DNA of 64,000 nucleotides, from assembly GCA_053919585.1 (NCBI GenBank), contig CM132826.1; one strand, given 5' to 3'. Below the pieces are notes generated by a model. That model was not told the origin of the DNA. It saw nothing but the letters and a program-made list of their open reading frames with translations, and searched no databases. Every line of letters begins with the position of its first letter. Position 1 is the stretch's first letter. The position numbers and the translations under genes were made by a program. Below, piece after piece: positions 9,495 through 23,900 of this stretch. This DNA is from Euprymna scolopes. Taxonomy: Eukaryota.

Positions 9495-11140
9495 CGAAAA
9501 AAATAGTAGCATTATAAAAAAAACCAAAAAAACCATGCACCACCCAAAAATATTAATAGCAATACAAAAAGAATAGCATTACCCCCAAAATAGTAGCATT
9601 ACAAAAAAATACTGACATTACCAAAAGAAAAAAAAATAGCATTACAAAACAAAAAGAAACATTACCTCCCAAAAATATTAGTAGCATACCAAACAAAACA
9701 TTGAAAAAGAAAAATAGCATTAGAAAAAAAATATTAACATTACAAAAAATAGCACTACCCCCCATAATATTAATCGCAATACAAAAATAGCATCACCCCC
9801 CCACAAAAAAGTAGCATTACAAAAAATACTGACATTACCAAAAACTAAAAAAATAGTAACATTACAAAAAATAGTGGCACTTACCTTAAAATATTATTAG
9901 CCGTACAAAAAGCATAGCATTACAAAAAATAGTAGCATTGCAAAAAATACTGACATTACCAAAAACTAAAAAAATAGTAACATTACAAAAAATAGTGGCA
10001 CTTACCTTAAAATATTATTAGCCGTACAAAAAGCATAGCATTACAAAAAAAAGTAGCATTACAAAAAATACTGACATTACCAAAAACTAAAAAAATAGTA
10101 ACATTACAAAAAATAGTGGCACTTACCTTAAAATATTATTAGCCGTACAAAAAGCATGGCATTACAAAAAATAGTAGCATTGCAAAAAAAAAAAAAAAAG
10201 AAAAAATAGCAATACAAAAAATAACATTACCAAAAAGAAAAATTAATAGCAATACAAAGAAGAAAAGTAGAATTATAAAAAAATATTAATAGCAATACAG
10301 CTGTTTACATGATGAACTGCCGTCTAGATACTCTTTTGGAATTGATAGACCGGTAACGTAGATTAAATTGTGTCGATCGCATCAACTTAACCAGTTTTAA
10401 AAACATAGCATTAAATTATTTTTTTTTTAATGCAATTTGATACAAATACGACGCGATCATTACATTTTAACGGTGTCGTTACATTTTAACACTCGGGCCC
10501 ACACGTTGTGTCTGAGACAGTTGCAAAGGAACTCAAAAAGGAAAGAAATTCTACTCAGTTTTTCAATTGAAACGAAATGCATCTATACAAAAAGAATAGC
10601 ATCACAAAAACTTAAAATCGTAACATTAAAAAAATAAAAATAGTAATATTACAAAAAATACGAGCATTACAAAAAATATACTAGCATCACAAAAATAATA
10701 GCATCACAAAAATAATAGCAGTACCACTAAAAATTAATAGCAATACAAAAAGAATAGCATCATCCCTCAAACAGCAGCATTACAAAAAAATAATAACATA
10801 TAAAATGCTAGCACTACCCCTAAATATAAACAGCAATACAAAAAAATTACAAATCCTTCAAAAATACAGAAATAGTAGTCTTACAAAAAAATAGTACCCT
10901 TACAAAAATAGTAGCCTTACAAAAAATAGTAGCCTTACAAAAAATAGTAGCCTTACAAAAAAAATAGTAGTCTTACAAAAGAATAGTAGTCTTACAAAAA
11001 AATAGTAGTCTTACAAAAAAATAGTAGCCTTCCAAAAAAATAGTAGCCTTACAAAAAAAATAGTAGTCTTACAAAAAAATAGTAGTCTTACAAAAAACAG
11101 TAGCCTTGCACAAAACATAGTAGCCTTACAAAAAATAATA
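9495..11140. repeat. A-rich minisatellite family (AAAAATAG(TAG)CATTAC grading into AAAAAATAGTAGYCTTAC), with a ~121-bp higher-order triplet at ~9805-10185 and a unique insert at 10300-10584
   Basis: Directly visible. About 14 homogeneous ~19-21 bp units at 10870-11135. Confidence 0.92.
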
Positions 11141-11650
11141 GGGGTTAGCTTAGGGCTAGTTTAGGGTTAGGTTAGGGTTAGTTCAGGGTTAATTTAGCAT
11201 TAATTTAGTGCTGATTTAGGTTAGTTAGAGTTAATTTAGAATTATTAAATTTAATTCAGGGTTGATTTAAGTTACGTTGGGGTTAGGTTAAGGTTAATTT
11301 AGGGTCAAGCTTGGATTATTTAAGAGTTATTTTAGGGTCGATTTGAGGTTAGCTTTAAGAAACTATTCTTGTTCAGTTCAAAAGCTGTACCAGTACCTAA
11401 GTTAGTTTAGGGCTAGCTTAGGGTTAGTTTAGGGTTAGGTTAATTTATGGTTAGTTTAGGGCTAGTTTAGGGTTAATTTAGGATTATTTAAGATTAAATT
11501 AGATTTAATTTAGGATTGATTTAAGCTACATTGGGGTTGGTTAATTTAGGGTTAGGCTAGGATTATTTAAAAGTTATTTTAAGGTTGATTCGAGGTTAGC
11601 TTTAAGAAACAGTTTGTTTTTGTTCGATTAAAAAGCTGTACCAGTACCCA
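11141..11650 (+). repeat. Degenerate TTAGG(G)-like repeats arranged as two ~250 bp direct copies
   Basis: TTAGGGTTAGGTTAGGGTTAG-type runs. Both copies end in GAGGTTAGCTTTAAGAAAC...AAAAGCTGTACCAGTACC (to ~11398 and ~11648). Confidence 0.85.
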
Positions 11651-11680
11651 AGTCTTTCTAATCGCAATAAAACTTTTTAC

Positions 11681-11802
11681 CTGGAATGGATCCTGAGTAA
11701 TGGCTTTGTAGATGTCAAAGTTTTGTTGATTGAGTAGATGTTTCATGATTCGGTCGAGATTTTCTGATCCAGAGAAAATATCCGGGAGCATTGCTGTAAT
11801 AT
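11681..11802 (-). CDS. Coding exon B (D-ITAMLPDIFSGSENLDRIMKHLLNQQNFDIYKAITQDPFQ)
   Basis: Acceptor ttgttttttgtttAG and donor CAG|GTAAAA. 122 bp, phase 1 to 0, inside ORF-track 11579..11791. Confidence 0.8.
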
Positions 11803-11999
11803 CTAAACAAAAAACAATGCAAATGATAGAGCTGTGTGCGAGATGACGTCACGGCAAGGAGAAAGGAAAAAGATTATACAAAAAGAATGACGTGCGTAGA
11901 ACGATGATTAGATCAGAGAAGGGTGTATTCGACAGGTATTCTGAAAATCATGTCAGAGAAGGACAGAGACAGACATGTTATGCACGGTAGCTGATAGTA

Positions 12000-14900
12000 T
12001 GGAAATTGAGCTTTCTGTATTTTTTTAAAGAGAAAATATCCGAGAACATTGCTGAAATAACTAAACGAAAAAACAATAACCTTGAATGATTGGAAATTGG
12101 GCTTTCTGTATTTTTTTTAAAGAGAAAATATCCGAGAACATTGCTGAAATAACTAAACGAAAAAACAATAACCTTGAATGATTGGAAATTGAGCTTTCTG
12201 TATTTTTTTTTAAAGAGAAAATATCCGAGAACATTGCTGAAATAACTAAACGAAAAAACAATAACCTTGAATGATTGGAAATTGGGCTTTCTGTATTTTT
12301 TTTTTAAAAGAGAAAATATCCGAGAACATTGCTGAAATAACTAAACGAAAAAACAATAACCTTGAATGATTGGAAATTGGGCTTTCTGTATTTTTTTTTA
12401 AAGAGAAAATATCCGAGAACATTGCCGAAATAACTAAACGAAAAAACAATAACCTTGAATGATTGGAAATTGGGCTTTCTGTATTTTTTTTTAAAGAGAA
12501 AATATCCGAGAACATTGCTGAAATAACTAAACGAAAAAACAATAACCTTGAATGATTGGAAATTGGGCTTTCTGTATTTTTTTTTAAAGAGAAAATATCC
12601 GAGAACATTGCTGAAATAACTAAACGAAAAAACAATAACCTTGAATGATTGGAAATTGAGCTTTCTGTATTTTTTTTAAAAGAGAAAATATCCGAGAACA
12701 TTGCTGAAATAACTAAACGAAAAAACAATAACCTTGAATGATTGGAAATTGGGCTTTCTGTATTTTTTTAAAAAAGAGAAAATATCCGAGAACATTGCTG
12801 AAATAACTAAACGAAAAAACAATAACCTTGAATGATTGGAAATTGGGCTTTCTGTATTTTTTTTAAAGAGAAAATATCCGAGAACATTGCTGAAATAACT
12901 AAACGAAAAAACAATAACCTTGAATGATTGGAAATTGAGCTTTCTGTATTTTTTTTTAAAGAGAAAATATCCGAGAACATTGCTGAAATAACTAAACGAA
13001 AAAACAATAACCTTGAATGATTGGAAATTGAGCTTTCTGTATTTTTTTTTAAAGAGAAAATATCCGAGAACATTGCTGAAATAACTAAACGAAAAAACAA
13101 TAACCTTGAATGATTGGAAATTGGGCTTTCTGTATTTTTTTTTAAAAGAGAAAATATCCGAGAACATTGCTGAAATAACTAAACGAAAAAACAATAACCT
13201 TGAATGATTGGAAATTGGGCTTTCTGTATTTTTTTTAAAGAGAAAATATCCGAGAACATTGCTGAAATAACTAAACGAAAAAACAATAACCTTGAATGAT
13301 TGGAAATTGGGCTTTCTGTATTTTTTTTTAAAGAGAAAATATCCGAGAACATTGCTGATATAACTAAACGAAAAAACAATAACCTTGAATGATTGGAAAT
13401 TGAGCTTTCTGTATTTTTTTTTACAGAGAAAATATCCGAGAACATTGCTGAAATAACTAAACGAAAAAACAATAACCTTGAATGATTGGAAATTGGGCTT
13501 TCTGTATTTTTTTTTTAAAAGAGAAAATATCCGAGAACATTGCTGAAATAACTAAACGAAAAAACAATAACCTTGAATGATTGGAAATTGGGCTTTCTGT
13601 ATTTTTTTTAAAGAGAAAATATCCGAGAACATTGCTGAAATAACTAAACGAAAAAACAATAACCTTGAATGATTGGAAATTGAGCTTTCTGTATTTTTTT
13701 TTAAAGAGAAAATATCCGAGAACATTGCTGAAATAACTAAACGAAAAAACAATAACCTTGAATGATTGGAAATTGAGCTTTCTGTATTTTTTTTTAAAGA
13801 GAAAATATCCGAGAACATTGCTGAAATAACTAAACGAAAAAACAATAACCTTGAATGATTGGAAATTGGGCTTTCTGTATTTTTTTTTTAAAAGAGAAAA
13901 TATCCGAGAACATTGCTGAAATAACTAAACGAAAAAACAATAACCTTGAATGATTGGAAATTGAGCTTTCTGTATTTTTTTTTAAAGAGAAAATATCCGA
14001 GAACATTGCTGAAATAACTAAACGAAAAAACAATAACCTTGAATGATTGGAAATTGGGCTTTCTGTATTTTTTTTTTTAAAGAGAAAATATCCGAGAACA
14101 TTGCTGAAATAACTAAACGAAAAAACAATAACCTTGAATGATTGGAAATTGAGCTTTCTGTATTTTTTTTTAAAGAGAAAATATCCGAGAACATTGCTGA
14201 AATAACTAAACGAAAAAACAATAACCTTGAATGATTGGAAATTGGGCTTTCTGTATTTTTTTTTTAAAAGAGAAAATATCCGAGAACATTGCTGAAATAA
14301 CTAAACGAAAAAACAATAACCTTGAATGATTGGAAATTGAGCTTTCTGTATTTTTTTTTAAAGAGAAAATATCCGAGAACATTGCTGAAATAACTAAACG
14401 AAAAAACAATAACCTTGAATGATTGGAAATTGGGCTTTCTGTATTTTTTTTTTAAAAGAGAAAATATCCGAGAACATTGCTGAAATAACTAAACGAAAAA
14501 ACAATAACCTTGAATGATAGGAAATTGAGCTTTCTGTATTTTTTTTTAAAGAGAAAATATCCGAGAACATTGCTGAAATAACTAAACGAAAAAACAATAA
14601 TCTTGAATGATTGGAAATTGGGCTTTCTGTATTTTTTTTTAAAGAGAAAATATCCGAGAACATTGCTGAAATAACTAAACGAAAAAACAATAATCTTGAA
14701 TGATTGGAAATTGGGCTTTCTGTATTTTTTTTTAAAGAGAAAATATCCGAGAACATTGCTGAAATAACTAAACGAAAAAACAATAACCTTGAATGATTGG
14801 AAATTGAGCTTTCTGTATTTTTTTTTACAGCGAGAAAATATCCGAGAACATTGCTGAAATAACTAAACGAAAAAACAATAACCTTGAATGATTGGAAATT

Positions 14901-17900
14901 GGTCTTTCTGTATTTTTTTTTTAAAAGAGAAAATATCCGAGAACATTGCTGAAATAACTAAACGAAAAAACAATAACCTTGAATGATTGGAAATTGAGCT
15001 TTCTGTATTTTTTTTTAAAGAGAAAATATCCGAGAACATTGCTGAAATAACTAAACGAAAAAACAATAACCTTGAATGATTGGAAATTGAGCTTTCTGTA
15101 TTTTTTTTTAAAGAGAAAATATCCGAGAACATTGCTGAAATAACTAAACGAAAAAACAATAACCTTGAATGATTGGAAATTGGCTTTCTGTATTTTTTTA
15201 AAGAGAAAATATCCGAGAACATTGCTGAAATAACTAAACGAAAAAACAATAACCTTGAATGATTGGAAATTGGGCTTTCTGTATTTTTTTTTAAAGAGAA
15301 AATATCCGAGAACATTGCTGAAATAACTAAAAGAAAAAACAATAACCTTGAATGATTGGAAATTGAGCTTTCTGTATTTTTTTTTAAAGAGAAAATATCC
15401 GAGAACATTGCTGAAATAACTAAACGAAAAAACAATAACCTTGAATGATTGGAAATTCAGCTTTCTGTATTTTTTTTAAAAGAGAAAATATCCGAGAACA
15501 TTGCTGAAATAACTAAACGAAAAAACAATAACCTTGAATGATTGGAAAATGAGCTTTCTGTATTTTTTTTTAAAAGAGAAAATATCCGAGAACATTGCTG
15601 AAATAACTAAACGAAAAAACAATAACCTTGAATGATTGGAAATTGAGCTTTCTGTATTTTTTTTTAAAAGAGAAAATATCCAGGAACAATGCTGAAATAA
15701 CTAAACGAAAAAACAATAACCTTAAATGATTGGAAATTGAGCTTTCTGTATTTTTTTTTAAAAGAGAAAATATCCGAGAACATTGCTGAAATAACTAAAC
15801 GAAAAAACAATAACCTTAAATGATTGGAAATTGAGCTTTCTGTATTTTTTTTTTAAAAGAGAAAATATCCGAGAACATTGCTGAAATAACTAAACGAAAA
15901 AACAATAACCTTGAATGATTGGAAATTGAGCTTTCTGTATTTTTTTTTTAAAGAGAAAATATCCGAGAACATTGCTGAAATAACTAAACGAAAAAACAAT
16001 AACCTTGAATGATTGGAAATTGAGCTTTCTGTATTTTTTTTTAAAGAGAAAATATCCGAGAACATTGCTGAAATAACTAAACGAAAAAACAATAATCTTG
16101 AATGATTGGAAATTGGGCTTTCTGTATTTTTTTTTAAAGAGAAAATATCCGAGAACATTGCTGAAATAACTAAACGAAAAAACAATAACCTTGAATGATT
16201 GGAAATTGGGCTTTCTGTATTTTTTTTTAAAGAGAAAATATCCGAGAACATTGCTGAAATAACTAAACGAAAAAACAATAACCTTGAATGATTGGAAATT
16301 GGGCTTTCTGTATTTTTTTTTAAAGAGAAAATATCCGAGAACATTGCTGAAATAACTAAACGAAAAAACAATAACCTTGAATGATTGGAAATTGGGCTTT
16401 CTGTATTTTTTTTTAAAGAGAAAATATCCGAGAACATTGCTGAAATAACTAAACGAAAAAACAATAACCTTGAATGATTGGAAATTGAGCTTTCTGTATT
16501 TTTTTTTAAAAGAGAAAATATCCGAGAACATTGCTGAAATAACTAAACGAAAAAACAATAACCTTGAATGATTGGAAATTGAGCTTTCTGTATTTTTTTT
16601 TACTGAGAAAATATCCGAGAACATTGCTGAAATAACTAAACGAAAAAACAATAACCTTGAATGATTGGAAATTGGGCTTTCTGTATTTTTTTTTTAAAAG
16701 AGAAAATATCCGAGAACATTGCTGAAATAACTAAACGAAAAAACAATAACCTTGAATGATTGGAAATTGGGCTTTCTGTATTTTTTTTTAAAAGAGAAAA
16801 TATCCGAGAACATTGCTGAAATAACTAAACGAAAAAACAATAACCTTGAATGATTGGAAATTGGGCTTTCTGTATTTTTTTTTTAAAAGAGAAAATATCC
16901 GAGAACATTGCTGAAATAACTAAACGAAAAAACAATAACCTTGAATGATTGGAAATTGGGCTTTCTGTATTTTTTTTTTAAAAGAGAAAATATCCGAGAA
17001 CATTGCTGAAATAACTAAACGAAAAAACAATAACCTTGAATGATTGGAAATTGGCTTTCTGTATTTTTTTTAAAGAGAAAATATCCGAGAACATTGCTGA
17101 AATAACTAAACGAAAAAACAATAACCTTGAATGATTGGAAATTGAGCTTTCTGTATTTTTTTTTAAAGAGAAAATATCCGAGAACATTGCTGAAATAACT
17201 AAACGAAAAAACAATTACCTTGAATGATTGAAAATTGGTCTTTCTGTATTTTTTTTTAAAGAGAAAATATCCGAGAACATTGCTGAAATAACTAAACGAA
17301 AAAACAATAACCTTCAATGATTGGAAATTGGGCTTTCTGTATTTTTTTTTTAAAAGAGAAAATATCCGAGAACATTGCTGAAATAACTAAACGAAAAAAC
17401 AATAACCTTGAATGATTGGAAATTGGGCTTTCTGTATTTTTTTTTTAAAAGAGAAAATATCCGAGAACATTGCTGAAATAACTAAACGAAAAAACAATAA
17501 CCTTGAATGATTGGAAATTGGGCTTTCTGTATTTTTTTTTTAAAAGAGAAAATATCCGAGAACATTGCTGAAATAACTAAACGAAAAAACAATAACCTTG
17601 AATGATTGGAAATTGGGCTTTCTGTATTTTTTTTTTAAAAGAGAAAATATCCGAGAACATTGCTGAAATAACTAAACGAAAAAACAATAACCTTGAATGA
17701 TTGGAAATTGGCTTTCTGTATTTTTTTTAAAGAGAAAATATCCGAGAACATTGCTGAAATAACTAAACGAAAAAACAATAACCTTGAATGATTGGAAATT
17801 GGGCTTTCTGTATTTTTTTTTAAAGAGAAAATATCCGAGAACATTGCTGAAATAACTAAACGAAAAAACAATAACCTTGAATGATTGGAAATTGAGCTTT

Positions 17901-20900
17901 CTGTATTTTTTTTTAAAGAGAAAATATCCGAGAACATTGCTGAAATAACTAAACGAAAAAACAATAACCTTGAATGATTGGAAATTGAGCTTTCTGTATT
18001 TTTTTTTAAAGAGAAAATATCCGAGAACATTGCTGAAATAACTAAACGAAAAAACAATAACCTTGAATGATTGGAAATTGAGCTTTCTGTATTTTTTTTT
18101 TAAAAGAGAAAATATCCGAGAACATTGCTGAAATAACTAAACGAAAAAACAATAACCTTGAATGATTGGAAATTGGCTTTCTGTATTTTTTTTAAAGAGA
18201 AAATATCCGAGAACATTGCTGAAATAACTAAACGAAAAAACAATAACCTTGAATGATTGGAAATTGAGCTTTCTGTATTTTTTTTTTAAAAGAGAAAATA
18301 TCCGAGAACATTGCTGAAATAACTAAACGAAAAAACAATAACCTTGAATGATTGGAAATTGGGCTTTCTGTATTTTTTTTAAAGAGAAAATATCCGAGAA
18401 CATTGCTGAAATAACTAAACGAAAAAACAATAACCTTGAATGATTGGAAATTGGCTTTCTGTATTTTTTTTAAAGAGAAAATATCCGAGAACATTGCTGA
18501 AATAACTAAACGAAAAAACAATAACCTTGAATGATTGGAAATTCAGCTTTCTGTATTTTTTTTTAAAGAGAAAATATCCGAGAACATTGCTGAAATAACT
18601 AAACGAAAAAACAATAACCTTGAATGATTGGAAATTGAGCTTTCTGTATTTTTTTTTTAAAAGAGAAAATATCCGAGAACATTGCTGAAATAACTAAACG
18701 AAAAAACAATAATCTTGAATGATTGGAAATTGAGCTTTCTGTATTTTTTTTAAAGAGAAAATATCCGAGAACATTGCTGAAATAACTAAACGAAAAAACA
18801 ATAATCTTGAATGATTGGAAATTGAGCTTTCTGTATTTTTTTTTAAAAGAGAAAATATCCGAGAACATTGCTGAAATAACTAAACGAAAAAACAATAATC
18901 TTGAATGATTGGAAATTGAGCTTTCTGTATTTTTTTTTTAAAGAGAAAATATCCGAGAACATTGCTGAAATAACTAAACGAAAAAACAATAATCTTGAAT
19001 GATTGGAAATTGAGCTTTCTGTATTTTTTTAAAGAGAAAATATCCGAGAACATTGCTGAAATAACTAAACGAAAAAACAATAACCTTGAATGATTGGAAA
19101 TTGAGCTTTCTGTATTTTTTTTTTAAAAGAGAAAATATCCGAGAACATTGCTGAAATAACTAAACGAAAAAACAATAACCTTGAATGATTGGAAATTGAG
19201 CTTTCTGTATTTTTTTTTTAAAGAGAAAATATCCGAGAACATTGCTGAAATAACTAAACGAAAAAACAATAATCTTGAATGATTGGAAATTGAGCTTTCT
19301 GTATTTTTTTTTAAAGAGAAAATATCCGAGAACATTGCTGAAATAACTAAACGAAAAAACAATAACCTTGAATGATGGGAAATTGAGCTTTCTGTATTTT
19401 TTTTTAAAAGAGAAAATATCCGAGAACATTGCTGAAATAACTAAACGAAAAAACAATAACCTTGAATGATTGGAAATTGGGCTTTCTGTATTTTTTTTTT
19501 AAAAGAGAAAATATCCGAGAACATTGCTGAAATAACTAAACGAAAAAACAATAACCTTGAATGATTGGAAATTGAGCTTTCTGTATTTTTTTTTAAAGAG
19601 AAAATATCCGAGAACATTGCTGAAATAACTAAACGAAAAAACAATAATCTTGAATGATTGGAAATTGGGCTTTCTGTATTTTTTTTTAAAGAGAAAATAT
19701 CCGAGAACATTGCTGAAATAACTAAACGAAAAAACAATAACCTTGAATGATTGGAAATTGGGCTTTCTGTATTTTTTTTTAAAAGAGAAAATATCCGAGA
19801 ACATTGCTGAAATAACTAAACGAAAAAACAATAACCTTGAATGATTGGAAATTGGCTTTCTGTATTTTTTTTAAAGAGAAAATATCCGAAAACATTGCTG
19901 AAATAACTAAACGAAAAAACAATAACCTTGAATGATTGGAAATTGAGCTTTCTGTATTTTTTTTTAAAGAGAAAATATCCGAGAACATTGCTGAAATAAC
20001 TAAACGAAAAAACAATAACCTTGAATGATTGGAAATTGGGCTTTCTGTATTTTTTTTTAAAGAGAAAATATCCGAGAACATTGCTGAAATAACTAAACGA
20101 AAAAACAATAACCTTGAATGATTGGAAATTGGGCTTTCTGTATTTTTTTAAAGAGAAAATATCCGAGAACATTGCTGAAATAACTAAACGAAAAAACAAT
20201 AACCTTGAATGATTGGAAATTGGGCTTTCTGTATTTTTTTTTAAAGAGAAAATATCCGAGAACATTGCTGAAATAACTAAACGAAAAAACAATTACCTTG
20301 AATGATTGAAAATTGGCTTTCTGTATTTTTTTTAAAGAGAAAATATCCGAGAACATTGCTGAAATAACTAAACGAAAAAACAATAACCTTGAATGATTGG
20401 AAATTGGGCTTTCTGTATTTTTTTTAAAGAGAAAATATCCGAGAACATTGCTGAAATAACTAAACGAAAAAACAATAACCTTGAATGATTGGAAATTGAG
20501 CTTTCTGTATTTTTTTTAAAGAGAAAATATCCGAGAACATTGCTGAAATAACTAAACGAAAAACAATAACCTTGAATGATTGGAAATTGAGCTTTCTGTA
20601 TTTTTTTTTAAAGAGAAAATATCCGAGAACATTGCTGAAATAACTAAACGAAAAAACAATAACCTTGAATGATTGGAAATTGGGCTTTCTGTATTTTTTT
20701 TTAAAGAGAAAATATCCGAGAACATTGCTGAAATAACTAAACGAAAAAAACAATAACCTTGAATGATTGGAAATTAGCTTTCTGTATTTTTTTTAAAGAG
20801 AAAATATCCGAGAACATTGCTGAAATAACTAAACGAAAAAACAATAACCTTGAATGATTGGAAATTGGGCTTTCTGTATTTTTTTTTAAAGAGAAAATAT

Positions 20901-23900
20901 CCGAGAACATTGCTGAAATAACTAAACGAAAAAACAATAACCTTGAATGATTGGAAATTGGGCTTTCTGTATTTTTTTTTAAAGAGAAAATATCCGAGAA
21001 CATTGCTGAAATAACTAAACGAAAAAACAATAACCTTGAATGATTGGAAATTGAGCTTTCTGTATTTTTTTTTAAAGAGAAAATATCCGAGAACATTGCT
21101 GAAATAACTAAACGAAAAAACAATAACCTTGAATGATTGGAAATTGGGCTTTCTGTATTTTTTTTTTAAAAGAGAAAATATCCGAGAACATTGCTGAAAT
21201 AACTAAACGAAAAAACAATAACCTTGAATGATTGGAAATTGGGCTTTCTGTATTTTTTTTAAAAGAGAAAATATCCGAGAACATTGCTGAAATAACTAAA
21301 CGAAAAAACAATAACCTTGAATGATTGGAAATTGAGCTTTCTGTATTTTTTTTTAAAGAGAAAATATCCGAGAACATTGCTGAAATAACTAAACGAAAAA
21401 ACAATAACCTTGAATGATTGGAAATTGGGCTTTCTGTATTTTTTTTTAAAGAGAAAATATCCGAGAACATTGCTGAAATAACTAAACGAAAAAACAATAA
21501 CCTTGAATGATTGGAAATTGGGCTTTCTGTATTTTTTTTTAAAGAGAAAATATCCGAGAACATTGCTGAAATAACTAAACGAAAAAACAATAACCTTGAA
21601 TGATTGGAAATTGAGCTTTCTGTATTTTTTTTTAAAGAGAAAATATCCGAGAACATTGCTGAAATAACTAAACGAAAAAACAATAACCTTGAATGATTGG
21701 AAATTGGGCTTTCTGTATTTTTTTTTTAAAAGAGAAAATATCCGAGAACATTGCTGAAATAACTAAACGAAAAAACAATAACCTTGAATGATTGGAAATT
21801 GGGCTTTCTGTATTTTTTTTAAAAGAGAAAATATCCGAGAACATTGCTTAAATAACTAAACGAAAAAACAATAACCTTGAATGATTGGAAATTGAGCTTT
21901 CTGTATTTTTTTTTAAAGAGAAAATATCCGAGAACATTGCTGAAATAACTAAACGAAAAAACAATAACCTTGAATGATTGGAAATTGGGCTTTCTGTATT
22001 TTTTTTTAAAGAGAAAATATCCGAGAACATTGCTGAAATAACTAAACGAAAAAACAATAACCTTGAATGATTGGAAATTGGGCTTTCTGTATTTTTTTTT
22101 TAAAAGAGAAAATATCCGAGAACATTGCTGAAATAACTAAACGAAAAAACAATAACCTTGAATGATTGGAAATTGGCTTTCTGTATTTTTTTTAAAGAGA
22201 AAATATCCGAGAACATTGCTGAAATAACTAAACGAAAAAACAATAACCTTGAATGATTGGAAATTGAGCTTTCTGTATTTTTTTTTAAAGAGAAAATATC
22301 CGAGAACATTGCTGAAATAACTAAACGAAAAAACAATAACCTTGAATGATTGGAAATTGGGCTTTCTGTATTTTTTTTTAAAGAGAAAATATCCGAGAAC
22401 ATTGCTGAAATAACTAAACGAAAAAACAATAACCTTGAATGATTGAAAATTGGCTTTCTGTATTTTTTTAAAGAGAAAATATCCGAGAACATTGCTGAAA
22501 TAACTAAACGAAAAAACAATAACCTTGAATGATTGGAAATTGGGCTTTCTGTATTTTTTTTTAAAGAGAAAATATCCGAGAACATTGCTGAAATAACTAA
22601 ACGAAAAAACAATAACCTTGAATGATTGGAAATTGAGCTTTCTGTATTTTTTTTTAAAGAGAAAATATCCGAGAACATTGCTGAAATAACTAAACGAAAA
22701 AACAATAACCTTGAATGATTGGAAATTGAGCTTTCTGTATTTTTTTTTAAAGAGAAAATATCCGAGAACATTGCTGAAATAACTAAACGAAAAAACAATA
22801 ACCTTGAATGATTGGAAATTGAGCTTTCTGTATTTTTTTTTAAAGAGAAAATATCCGAGAACATTGCTGAAATAACTAAACGAAAAAACAATAACCTTGA
22901 ATGATTGGAAATTGGGCTTTCTGTATTTTTTTTTAAAGAGAAAATATCCGAGAACATTGCTGAAATAACTAAACGAAAAAACAATAACCTTGAATGATTG
23001 GAAATTGGGCTTTCTGTATTTTTTTTAAAGAGAAAATATCCGAGAACATTGCTGAAATAACTAAACGAAAAAACAATAACCTTGAATGATTGGAAATTGG
23101 GCTTTCTGTATTTTTTTTAAAGAGAAAATATCCGAGAACATTGCTGAAATAACTAAACGAAAAAACAATAACCTTGAATTATTGGAAATTGGGCTTTCTG
23201 TATTTTTTTTTAAAGAGAAAATATCCGAGAACATTGCTGAAATAACTAAACGAAAAAACAATAACCTTGAATGATTGGAAATTGAGCTTTCTGTATTTTT
23301 TTTTAAAGAGAAAATATCCGAGAACATTGCTGAAATAACTAAACGAAAAAACAGTAACCTTGAATGATTGGAAATTGAGCTTTCTGTATTTTTTTTTAAA
23401 GAGAAAATATCCGAGAACATTGCTGAAATAACTAAACGAAAAAACAATAACCTTGAATGATTGGAAATTGGGCTTTCTGTATTTTTTTTTAAAGAGAAAA
23501 TATCCGAGAACATTGCTGAAATAACAAAACGAAAAAACAATAACCTTGAATGATTGGAAATTGGGCTTTCTGTATTTTTTTTAAAGAGAAAATATCCGAG
23601 AACATTGCTGAAATAACTAAACGAAAAAACAATAACCTTGAATGATTGGAAATTGGGCTTTCTGTATTTTTTTTAAAGAGAAAATATCCGAGAACATTGC
23701 TGAAATAACTAAACGAAAAAACAATAACCTTGAATGATTGGAAATTGGGCTTTCTGTATTTTTTTTTAAAGAGAAAATATCCGAGAACATTGCTGAAATA
23801 ACTAAACGAAAAAACAATAACCTTGAATGATTGGAAATTGAGCTTTCTGTATTTTTTTTTAAAGAGAAAATATCCGAGAACATTGCTGAAATAACTAAAC

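Noticed and set aside
11141-11650. True telomere or chromosome fusion site
   Set aside because: The repeats are highly degenerate, in a single orientation, and internal to an intron.
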